Source: Clostridiales bacterium
GTDB lineage: Bacteria; Bacillota; Clostridia; Oscillospirales; CAG-272
Direction: 5' to 3'
DNA: 64,000 bases
NCBI GenBank assembly: GCA_024693345.1
Contig: JAILLB010000006.1
Coordinates: 16,523-80,522 of the forward strand
Within the stretch, counting starts at the first letter, position 1, and each line of letters starts with the position of its first letter. Both the position numbers and the translations under genes were made by a program. The notes under the pieces are model-generated. The model saw only the letters and a program-made list of their open reading frames with translations. It ran no database searches and had not been told where the DNA came from. This document shows positions 1-6,885 of this stretch, one piece after another.

Positions 1-1460
1 TATTTAACCGTACCGACAATAATCAGGAGCCAATAAGTGTTGTAGAGGTTAAAGTACTTGTTCGAGAACAATACAAAGAATGCAATACCTACGGCAACCG
101 ATGGCATCAAATAAGGCAAGAATGCTATGCTGTTTACGTAAGAAGCAAGTTTTGATCTTCTGTTCTTTGAAACTGCATATCCTATTAATGTACCTAACAA
201 TCCTGCAGCCAAAGCACACGCAAATGAAACGAGCATTGTGCCGCCGAATCCACGCCAGATCGTCTCGTTGAACAGCATTCCCTTCTGTCCGTACATTCCG
301 TTTTCGGTGACGTTCTCACTTGTCAACCACCACTTAGTGGTTAAGTGCTCTAGGTTCCATGTATGCAAGAAACTATAGTCTCCCGGGTTAGGAAGGAATG
401 TCTCGAATGCGAATGAGATAATCGGGAAAATACTCGTAAAGAACGTGAGTATTATGAATATTGCAGCAATTAAAATGCATCCAACCTTACCTAGATTAAC
501 TTTTGAAATCTGACCGGACTTACCGGTAACAGTTGTATAACTCTTTCTGCTCTTCAAACTTCTCTGGTTGAAATACATGATTGCAACACCGAGCAGCATC
601 ATAACAACAGCGAGTATACTTGCTTCGCCTGCACGGCTCACATTCATCTCAAGATATTTTGTTGAGAGAGTCGTAAGGTTCAAAAAGTGCGGAACCGGAT
701 AAGATCCCATACTGCTTCCGAAAACAAGAAGAATTGTTGAAAGAATTGCAGGACGTACCAGAGGCAGAGTGACTCTAGTCATGATTTTCCATTTTGGAGT
801 ATTGAGAATTGTTGCTGCTTCTTCAAGGTTGGAGTCCATGTTTCTGAAGATTCCGCCTATAAGAATGTATGCAAAAGGAGCATAGTGTAAACCTAACACC
901 AGAATGCTCGGCAATAATCCCTGACACCACCAAAGCGGCATATGAATGTTAAACAAGCCTGCCAGCAAGCCGTCTTTTGTACCAGTTATGGCATTTGAGT
1001 CAAAAAGGTTTTTCCATACCATGGCGAGTGTCCACTGTGGCATGATATACGGGAAAATGAAAATAGCACTCAGATACTTTTTGAATCTCAAGTTTGTTCT
1101 TGTCACCAGGAAGGCGAATATTCCGCCGTACAGAATGGCAACAACACATGACATTACAGCAAGTATCAGTGTATTCAATAATGGATTCCACAAGTTGGTC
1201 TTTGCAACAGTACCGGTAAACAAATCTATATAGTTGACAAATGAGTAACCTTCGGTCTGTCCTGTCAGATGTGCATCTATTGTGCCGGGATGTATCTTCA
1301 AAGTGTCTTCCAGTATAGCCACAATCGGCGCAAATGTTGTAAGGGTGCATATAACTGCCATTACAACAAGTATCGTGTTCTGAGGCTTTGAGAAGAACGT
1401 TTTCAGATTGTTCCAAAAAAGAGTCCAACTTGATACTTTTTTCGTATTACTTAAAGTCAT
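1..1460 (-). CDS. ABC transporter permease, fused two-domain type (FbpB/ThiP-like); C-terminus lies beyond window start
   Basis: Absent from ORF track (no stop in window). Manual translation from ATG at complement 1460-1458 stays open to position 3: MTLSNTKKVSSWTLFWNNLKTFFSKPQNTILVVMAV... Many hydrophobic spans. EAA-type loop LEEAATILNTPKWKIMTRVTLPLVRPAI. RBS AAGAGGA. Directly downstream of the binding-protein gene. Confidence 0.8.
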   Translation of the reverse strand, partial: MTLSNTKKVSSWTLFWNNLKTFFSKPQNTILVVMAVICTLTTFAPIVAILEDTLKIHPGTIDAHLTGQTEGYSFVNYIDLFTGTVAKTNLWNPLLNTLILAVMSCVVAILYGGIFAFLVTRTNLRFKKYLSAIFIFPYIMPQWTLAMVWKNLFDSNAITGTKDGLLAGLFNIHMPLWWCQGLLPSILVLGLHYAPFAYILIGGIFRNMDSNLEEAATILNTPKWKIMTRVTLPLVRPAILSTILLVFGSSMGSYPVPHFLNLTTLSTKYLEMNVSRAGEASILAVVMMLLGVAIMYFNQRSLKSRKSYTTVTGKSGQISKVNLGKVGCILIAAIFIILTFFTSIFPIISFAFETFLPNPGDYSFLHTWNLEHLTTKWWLTSENVTENGMYGQKGMLFNETIWRGFGGTMLVSFACALAAGLLGTLIGYAVSKNRRSKLASYVNSIAFLPYLMPSVAVGIAFFVLFSNKYFNLYNTYWLLIIVGTVK

Positions 1461-1470
1461 AAATGTCCTC

Positions 1471-1518
1471 TTAAAAACTGAAGGCGCATAGTTGAATTAT
1501 ACGCCATGCGCCTTCCAG
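1471..1518 (-). terminator. Intra-operon rho-independent terminator between binding-protein and permease genes
   Basis: On minus strand: CTGGAAGGCGCAT-16 nt loop-ATGCGCCTTCAG (9 bp + 3 bp with one bulge) followed by TTTTTAAG. The permease RBS follows immediately. Confidence 0.7.
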
Positions 1519-1545
1519 AATCAGTTATGTGTCAACCGATAAGAT

Positions 1546-2853
1546 TTATTTTTTATCTCCTGAATATTTTGTGAGCATTTCAATCCATGAACCAACTGTG
1601 AATGCTACACTTGAGCAATAAGCAGGATCTTCGAGAACGAGCTGTCCTTGGCCAACCCACCAATCATATCCTCTATCGCCTTCATTTGTCTTATGCTGAT
1701 ATTTCTCTTCTGTTCCCTGTGCCACTGTCGGGTTGGATGAATAACCGCCCATATCTTTGCCCCAAGCTGAGAAACCATCAACTGTACATGTCATGTATGC
1801 GATGAATGCGCATGCTGTCCACGGAAGCGGTGAGTTATCTGTTACGAAGAGATAATGGCAATATCCATAACCGCCCATACCTGTGTAACCATCAGCATAT
1901 GCTGCAATTGTTACATTGTTCTTGGAAACTGTTTCAGATTCCTGAACTGAACGGAGTTTTGAGTAAACCAAAAGACCGAACTGATCTGTTGCTGTTTTAT
2001 TAACAAGTGTGTTACAAATAGGACCGTCATCAGCCTGTGCATTGTAGCTTTCAACCCAGAGTTTAATCCAAGCAAGAGCATATTTGCCGTTTTCACTGAG
2101 TCCGAGATCTTTTGCATCAGCTGCAAGAGCATCTACTGTAGGCTGGAGTTGAGATTTCTTGTCTGCAGAAAGTGCATCGAAAGCTGTCTTAAGATTTGCT
2201 GCATACTTATCCTGTGTAAGCATATACAGGAAGTTCTTACCAACGATTTCTGAGTCGATATCCATGTACAAACCATGTTCACCCGGAAGTACGAAGTCCC
2301 AGCAGTTTGTATATGTCTTGTCTCCAGTGTTGTTGTACATGAAAACTTTGTTCAATGTCTGAAGAGCAAGATATCCTTTGTATGTGTCTGCCTTAACGCC
2401 GTTAGCGTCTGCCCAATCCTTTGGAATGAATGTGTCAAGAATACCGGTCTTTACCATCTTGCTTTCAATCTGGTTGCCGTCCTGGATAAGTGTCATTGCA
2501 AATGTACCAGTTGTCTTAAGGCTGTCAGATGTAAGCTGATCGAAGATCTTGTTATTCTTCGGCTGCTGCCATTCAAAAGTCATGTTGTAATTAGGATCAA
2601 TTGTCTGGAGATAAGCGATGAAGAGAGGAAGAGCTGATTTACCACGGCTTGAGTTACCAACGCCATAGAATGTTTTTCCATTTGACTCTTCGATAGCTTT
2701 TCTAGCAAGTTCTTCGAGTGTCATTGTTTGAGCCTGTGCAATAATCTTCTGAACTTCACTCTGCTCTTTAGTCGGTGTTTTGCCACCACAGCTCGTCAAA
2801 ACGAGAGGAAGAACCAAAATCAGTGCAAGTGCTACTGCGATGAATTTTTTCAT
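1546..2853 (-). CDS. ABC transporter extracellular solute-binding lipoprotein (substrate unknown)
   Basis: 435-aa ORF. Signal peptide with lipobox MKKFIAVALALILVLPLVLTSCGG. Upstream of the fused permease on the same strand. Confidence 0.8.
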   Translation of the reverse strand: MKKFIAVALALILVLPLVLTSCGGKTPTKEQSEVQKIIAQAQTMTLEELARKAIEESNGKTFYGVGNSSRGKSALPLFIAYLQTIDPNYNMTFEWQQPKNNKIFDQLTSDSLKTTGTFAMTLIQDGNQIESKMVKTGILDTFIPKDWADANGVKADTYKGYLALQTLNKVFMYNNTGDKTYTNCWDFVLPGEHGLYMDIDSEIVGKNFLYMLTQDKYAANLKTAFDALSADKKSQLQPTVDALAADAKDLGLSENGKYALAWIKLWVESYNAQADDGPICNTLVNKTATDQFGLLVYSKLRSVQESETVSKNNVTIAAYADGYTGMGGYGYCHYLFVTDNSPLPWTACAFIAYMTCTVDGFSAWGKDMGGYSSNPTVAQGTEEKYQHKTNEGDRGYDWWVGQGQLVLEDPAYCSSVAFTVGSWIEMLTKYSGDKK

Positions 2854-2884
2854 ATTTTGTCCTCACAAAAAAATATTTTTTACT

Positions 2885-2914
2885 GCAAACAAAAAGGCAA
2901 AAACTCTTTTTGCC
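2885..2914 (-). terminator. Terminator-like hairpin inside the 5' leader of the binding-protein gene
   Basis: GGCAAAAA-GAG-TTTTTGCC (2896-2914) followed on the minus strand by TTTTTGTTTG. Lies between the predicted promoter (2934-2962) and the ATG at 2853. Confidence 0.45.
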
Positions 2915-2933
2915 AATTTGAATCCGCGGAATT

Positions 2934-2962
2934 ATTCTAGCACATTAAAATATTTAATTCAA
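2934..2962 (-). promoter_or_regulatory. Sigma-70-type promoter for binding-protein/permease operon
   Basis: Minus strand TTGAAT (2962-2957), 17 nt spacer, TGcTAGAAT extended -10 (hexamer 2939-2934). Confidence 0.55.
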
Positions 2963-3010
2963 TGGATTTTGTTAAATATGCCGATGTTTCACAAAAATCA
3001 TCTATATTTA

Positions 3011-3058
3011 TGTGCAACATGCACAAATATTTGTGTGCGCGTCACGGCATGTGACCGC
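3011..3058. promoter_or_regulatory. Stacked palindromes (candidate operator sites) in divergent intergenic region
   Basis: TGTGCA-aca-TGCACA (3011-3025). Perfect 14-bp palindrome CACAAATATTTGTG (3022-3035). Hairpin GTCAC-ggcat-GTGAC (3041-3055). Confidence 0.35.
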
Positions 3059-3084
3059 ATGTAGGGTGTGGAGGATTATAAACA

Positions 3085-3113
3085 TTGCGAATAATCTCGT
3101 TTTGAGTTATGAT
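3085..3113 (+). promoter_or_regulatory. Sigma-70-type promoter for 3146..4381
   Basis: TTGCGA (3085-3090), 17 nt spacer, TATGAT (3108-3113). Confidence 0.5.
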
Positions 3114-3145
3114 AGAAAAAAAGAAATGTTTTTACGGGTGACAGT

Positions 3146-4381
3146 ATGGCGACAATTGCTGAAGTAAAAAAACAATTAAAAGAGTTGCTTGTTATCGCAC
3201 AAGAGCGAGATGACCTCATTACGGAAAGACTTTGTATGGACTTTCCTCTGTCGAGAGAAAATCTGATAGAGGAAAAAGAGGAAGAACTCAGATATCATAC
3301 AACCAATAAGGATTACGGCATCTATGACGAAGAAGTACATAACATGAAAGAGCCGGAAATGCCTGATGTACCCGGGAAACCTGAAAAGAAGTTCACTCCT
3401 CTTCCATTTGATTATAAATGGGCATGGATGATACGCTCGGTAATTCTTGTATTGATGACAGTTTTACTTGTTGTGTTTATAAAGACCCTAAATGAAACCG
3501 CCCTCTATATGTGGTGTGGATACGTAGTGTTTGGATTGATGGGCCACATTATCCCTTTCGATAGTGATAATTATGCTTTCAAAGGCTTGTTTATAGGATT
3601 CTACCATATAATCATGCTGTACAGATTTCCAAAGTATTTGAAACAAAAAGCAGAAGACAACAATTACAACAGAACTGTCTATGTAGAATTGCTTAAGGAC
3701 TATGAGGAAAGATATAACAAAGCAAAAAACGAATACGAAATAAAGCTCGCCGATTACAATGAAAAACAGCGTGCATACGATCAAAAAAGAGAGGACGCGA
3801 TACAAGAACATCTTGATGAGTTCAAGAGGAATATAGATAGTGTCATGGAGGCTCAACAAGCAGAATATGAAAGAAAACTTGATGAGAACCACTTGAAAAT
3901 TGTCGCATGCAAGGAAAGAATGCAACCATACGCGAACATGGATGACAGCATTTCCTTTAATCCTGCAAAATACTCAGCAAAAGACATATCTGCTATAATT
4001 GACATTATTGAATGCGGAAGAGCCAGTACGCTGAAAGAGGCTTTTGACAAATATTACTACGATGAAAGAGACAGAAAAATAGAGTTGCAAAGACAGGAAG
4101 AAGCTCAAGAACAATTGCGCATTCTCCAGGAAGAATCAGATACACGGCTTGAAGAACAAAGGCGCCATAACAGAGAAATGGAATACAATGAGCAAGAAAG
4201 CCAAAGAATATACAGAGAGTCAGTCAGAATAGAAGGCGAAAAAGCAAAAGCGATGGCTGGGCAGGCGCAATCGGCAGCAAGAGTTGCGTGCCAGACATGT
4301 ATTTACAGAAGCAACTGCCATCACTTGATAACCGGAGATCCGCCTATAAACTGCTCAAGTTACCGAGGAGTCAGAAAATAG
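3146..4381 (+). CDS. Hypothetical membrane-anchored coiled-coil protein with C-terminal Cys/His motif
   Basis: 411-aa ORF. Hydrophobic block about aa 93-165 (WAWMIRSVILVLMTVLLVVFI..., YVVFGLMGHIIPF..., LFIGFYHIIMLY). Long E/K/Q/R-rich heptad-like stretches. C-terminus ACQTCIYRSNCHHLITGDPPINCSSY. No family recognised. Confidence 0.6.
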   Translation: MATIAEVKKQLKELLVIAQERDDLITERLCMDFPLSRENLIEEKEEELRYHTTNKDYGIYDEEVHNMKEPEMPDVPGKPEKKFTPLPFDYKWAWMIRSVILVLMTVLLVVFIKTLNETALYMWCGYVVFGLMGHIIPFDSDNYAFKGLFIGFYHIIMLYRFPKYLKQKAEDNNYNRTVYVELLKDYEERYNKAKNEYEIKLADYNEKQRAYDQKREDAIQEHLDEFKRNIDSVMEAQQAEYERKLDENHLKIVACKERMQPYANMDDSISFNPAKYSAKDISAIIDIIECGRASTLKEAFDKYYYDERDRKIELQRQEEAQEQLRILQEESDTRLEEQRRHNREMEYNEQESQRIYRESVRIEGEKAKAMAGQAQSAARVACQTCIYRSNCHHLITGDPPINCSSYRGVRK

Positions 4382-4435
4382 AATCAGACGATAAAGAAAG
4401 ATTCTTCCGTTTTTGTGTTTTCCAACAACACCTGA

Positions 4436-4480
4436 AAAAACAAAAAGCACTGATACAATCAAGGTTTTCAGTGCTTTTCT
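4436..4480. terminator. Bidirectional rho-independent terminator (ends 3146..4381 and the tRNA-Ser operon)
   Basis: AAAAGCACTGA (4443-4453) pairs with TCAGTGCTTTT (4468-4478). T-run follows on plus strand, A-run precedes (T-run on minus strand). Confidence 0.75.
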
Positions 4481-4482
4481 CA

Positions 4483-4576
4483 TGGCGGAGAAGGAGAGAT
4501 TTGAACTCTCGCGCCGGGTTTAATCCGACCTACACCCTTAGCAGGGGCGCCTCTTCGGCCTCTTGAGTACTTCTCC
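4483..4576 (-). tRNA. tRNA-Ser (anticodon GCU)
   Basis: Reverse complement GGAGAAGTACTCAAGAGGCCGAAGAGGCGCCCCTGCTAAGGGTG...GAGAGTTCAAATCTCTCCTTCTCCGCCA. Shows 7-bp acceptor stem, CTGCTAA anticodon loop, long variable arm, TTCAAAT T-loop and encoded CCA. Confidence 0.95.
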
Positions 4577-4594
4577 GAATTTGAAATAATAATA

Positions 4595-4683
4595 TGGCGG
4601 AGGGAAAGGGATTCGAACCCTTGTGCCCTTACGGACAAACGGTTTTCAAGACCGCCTCGTTATGACCGCTTCGATATCCCTCC
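4595..4683 (-). tRNA. tRNA-Ser (anticodon UGA)
   Basis: Reverse complement GGAGGGATATCGAAGCGGTCATAACGAGGCGGTCTTGAAAACCGT...AAGGGTTCGAATCCCTTTCCCTCCGCCA. Shows CTTGAAA anticodon loop, long variable arm and encoded CCA. Confidence 0.95.
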
Positions 4684-4696
4684 ACATAGCCCGTAT

Positions 4697-4726
4697 ATGA
4701 TAACACAGCAACATTTTGATTGTCAA
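4697..4726 (-). promoter_or_regulatory. Sigma-70-type promoter for tRNA-Ser operon
   Basis: Minus strand TTGACA (4726-4721), 18 nt spacer, TGtTATCAT (hexamer 4702-4697). About 14 nt upstream of the tRNA 5' end. Confidence 0.6.
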
Positions 4727-4745
4727 CAATTTTTTTACTTTTGTG

Positions 4746-4773
4746 TTGACAATTATTATTTTTATGTTAAAAT
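4746..4773 (+). promoter_or_regulatory. Sigma-70-type promoter for queF-yhhQ leader
   Basis: TTGACA (4746-4751), 16 nt spacer, TGtTAAAAT extended -10 (hexamer 4768-4773). Confidence 0.7.
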
Positions 4774-4787
4774 ATACGAGTCGCAAG

Positions 4788-4832
4788 ACCGACAGTTCGT
4801 TTGTACCATCCTGTCGTAAAATAAAACCAGGG
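4788..4832 (+). promoter_or_regulatory. Candidate preQ1-I (class I) riboswitch aptamer
   Basis: Hairpin CGACAG (4790-4795)/CTGTCG (4811-4816). Loop begins UUC and ends ACCAUC, then an A-rich tail UAAAAUAAAAC follows. Loop GUUU (4799-4802) can pair with tail AAAC (4824-4827) as a pseudoknot. Overall shape matches the remembered preQ1-I consensus (stem-UUC...AC-stem-AUAAAAAACUA). Placed between promoter and terminator, upstream of queF and a queuosine-precursor transporter. Confidence 0.6.
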
Positions 4833-4867
4833 CTGCAATTGTATTTTGCTTTGTGCATCAATTTCTC

Positions 4868-4895
4868 CCCATGTATTGTACATGGGTTTTGTTTT
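4868..4895 (+). terminator. Leader terminator (expression platform of the putative riboswitch)
   Basis: CCCATGTA-ttg-TACATGGG followed by TTTTGTTTT. Lies 60 nt upstream of the queF ATG. Confidence 0.75.
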
Positions 4896-4956
4896 CGATG
4901 CAAATCTAGTATTGCCCGGTTTTACACCGAGCATTTTTTTATAGGAGATAAATCAC

Positions 4957-5436
4957 ATGAGAGAAAAGGAAAATCTTACTTTACTGGGTAATAAATCAAA
5001 ACCTATTTTTGATTATGACCCTTCTCTGCTTGAGAGTTTTACAAACAAGCATCCTGACAATGACTATTTTGTTAAATTCAATTGTCCAGAATTCACCAGT
5101 CTCTGTCCAATCACAGGACAGCCTGACTATGCAACAATATACATATCATATGTTCCCGACATCAAAATGGTCGAGAGCAAGAGTCTGAAACTGTACTTGT
5201 TCTCTTTCAGAAATCATGGAGATTTTCATGAAGATTGTGTCAATGTCATCATGAAAGACTTAATAAAACTCCTTGATCCTAAATACATAGAAGTTCTCGG
5301 TAAGTTTTTGCCAAGGGGCGGCATCTCTATAGACCCATATTGCAATTACGGAAAACCCGGAACAAAGTGGGAAGATGTAGCATGGGAAAGACTCTCAAAA
5401 CATGATATGAACCCGGAGAAAGTGGATAACAGATAA
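4957..5436 (+). CDS. queF: NADPH-dependent 7-cyano-7-deazaguanine (preQ0) reductase
   Basis: 159 aa. Catalytic-Cys region [14 protein letters not shown] and QueF motif [24 protein letters not shown] 8 nt upstream. Confidence 0.9.
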   Translation: MREKENLTLLGNKSKPIFDYDPSLLESFTNKHPDNDYFVKFNCPEFTSLCPITGQPDYATIYISYVPDIKMVESKSLKLYLFSFRNHGDFHEDCVNVIMKDLIKLLDPKYIEVLGKFLPRGGISIDPYCNYGKPGTKWEDVAWERLSKHDMNPEKVDNR

Positions 5437-5437
5437 A

Positions 5438-6130
5438 ATGGATACTAATACCAACAAAATATCTAAAACTCCCCTGTCATTTTTGTTTTTGATAATCGGA
5501 TTTATTTACGTCTCATGTTTGATTACTTCGAACATAATAACAGCCAAGATGATATCTGTTTTGGGCATCACACTTCCGTCAGCTGTAATACTATTCCCGA
5601 TTACATACATTATAGGCGACGTAATGACAGAAGTTTATGGATTCAAAAAAGCTAGAATCATAATCTGGGCAGGATTCGGATGCAATCTTTTCGCTGTGCT
5701 TATCTTTATGATCACAATCATACTTCCCCATCCGGATTTCTGGACAAATCAGGAAGCATATGCTTCAGTTCTTGGAACTACTCCACGAGTACTATTAGCT
5801 TCTTTGACAGGTTACTTATTCGGTGAATTCTCCAACTCAATTGTCCTTTCAAGACTGAAAGTAGTCACTAACGGCAAACGACTTTGGGTCAGAACCATTG
5901 TATCAACCATCATCGGAGAATTGCTGGACTCCGCAATATTCATTACTATTGCATTCATAGGAACCATGGATTTCAAGGAATTATTATTGATGATTCTTTT
6001 CCAGTACCTGTTTAAAGTTCTTTACGAAATACTCTGTACACCTTTGACCTACTTTGTTATTAACAAGGTCAAAAAACATGAGGAAATCGATACTTATGAC
6101 GTTGGAGTCAAATACAAACCGCTGTTTTAA
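5438..6130 (+). CDS. yhhQ: Queuosine-precursor transporter (YhhQ/VUT, DUF165 family)
   Basis: 230-aa polytopic membrane protein. N-terminal region resembles YhhQ family (NIITAKMISVLGITLPSAVILFPITYIIGDVMTEVYGF). Starts 1 nt after the queF stop. Confidence 0.8.
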   Translation: MDTNTNKISKTPLSFLFLIIGFIYVSCLITSNIITAKMISVLGITLPSAVILFPITYIIGDVMTEVYGFKKARIIIWAGFGCNLFAVLIFMITIILPHPDFWTNQEAYASVLGTTPRVLLASLTGYLFGEFSNSIVLSRLKVVTNGKRLWVRTIVSTIIGELLDSAIFITIAFIGTMDFKELLLMILFQYLFKVLYEILCTPLTYFVINKVKKHEEIDTYDVGVKYKPLF

Positions 6131-6136
6131 AAAATT

Positions 6137-6169
6137 GCCCGAGGCATTTGAAACCTCGGGCTGTTTTTT
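6137..6169. terminator. Bidirectional rho-independent terminator
   Basis: GCCCGAGG (6137-6144)/CCTCGGGC (6154-6161), flanked by an A-run upstream and TGTTTTTTC downstream. Sits between convergent yhhQ and the TetR gene. Confidence 0.85.
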
Positions 6170-6178
6170 CATCTAAAA

Positions 6179-6757
6179 TCAATTGTTTTCTGACTGTTCT
6201 CTTTCCATTTTTCTTTTTTCAAGTGAATGACGAATATTACCATCAAGCAAAAATCCGAGTCTGCTGATATACTCGTCTGAATTCTTCTTCATACCGCTTT
6301 GCAGCCATAGGATAACCATGTACATCAGTGCAGATGAATAGAAGACTATGAGTGCATCTCTGTCTTCATCATCAGCCTGTATTTCTTCAGCAATGGGAGC
6401 AACGTATTCCGTCATGTTCTTCAGAATAACCTTGTACAGGTAATCCTCAACAATTTGTCGGTTTACTGAATTAAATATATGGTATATTGCCTTCTTGTTA
6501 ATTCTTGCAAATCCTACAGCTATAAAGAAAGCTTCTTCCCAAGTGTCGTAGTGCTGATGTTTCTTAATAATCTTATCCGTCTCACTCGTAAATATCTCTT
6601 CCAGAAGCTCATATATGTCCTGGTAATAGTAGTAAAACGTATTGCGGTTTATGCCGCATCTGCTGACTATATCTGTCACGGTAATCTTGTCAAAAGATTT
6701 TTCGTTCAACAGTTGCATAAATGTCTTTATGATAGCCTGTTTTGTCTCCTGAGCCAT
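6179..6757 (-). CDS. TetR/AcrR family transcriptional regulator
   Basis: 192 aa. N-terminal HTH FDKITVTDIVSRCGINRNTFYYYYQDIYELL. Extended -10 TGcTAGAAT upstream on minus strand. Confidence 0.85.
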   Translation of the reverse strand: MAQETKQAIIKTFMQLLNEKSFDKITVTDIVSRCGINRNTFYYYYQDIYELLEEIFTSETDKIIKKHQHYDTWEEAFFIAVGFARINKKAIYHIFNSVNRQIVEDYLYKVILKNMTEYVAPIAEEIQADDEDRDALIVFYSSALMYMVILWLQSGMKKNSDEYISRLGFLLDGNIRHSLEKRKMEREQSENN

Positions 6758-6853
6758 AATAATCTCCTGTTCCAGAGCATTTTTACACTTTCAATTCTAG
6801 CATAGAAAAAAATTTTACACAATAGAAAAAGCTATATGCCTTAGCAAATGGAA

Positions 6854-6877
6854 TGGCAGCCGGTTGCCCGACTGCCA
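6854..6877 (-). terminator. Possible clpB terminator hairpin (weak U-tract)
   Basis: TGGCAGCCGG-ttgc-CCGACTGCCA (one mismatch) immediately after the clpB stop. Downstream U-tract is poor. Confidence 0.35.
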
Positions 6878-6885
6878 CATGTGTA

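Noticed and set aside
1000-1428. Track ORF of 142 aa on the minus strand inside the left-edge region
   Set aside because: It is out of frame with the much longer uninterrupted permease frame (1..1460) that has an RBS and ABC-permease motifs. Its composition is Cys/His-rich and odd. I treat it as a shadow ORF.
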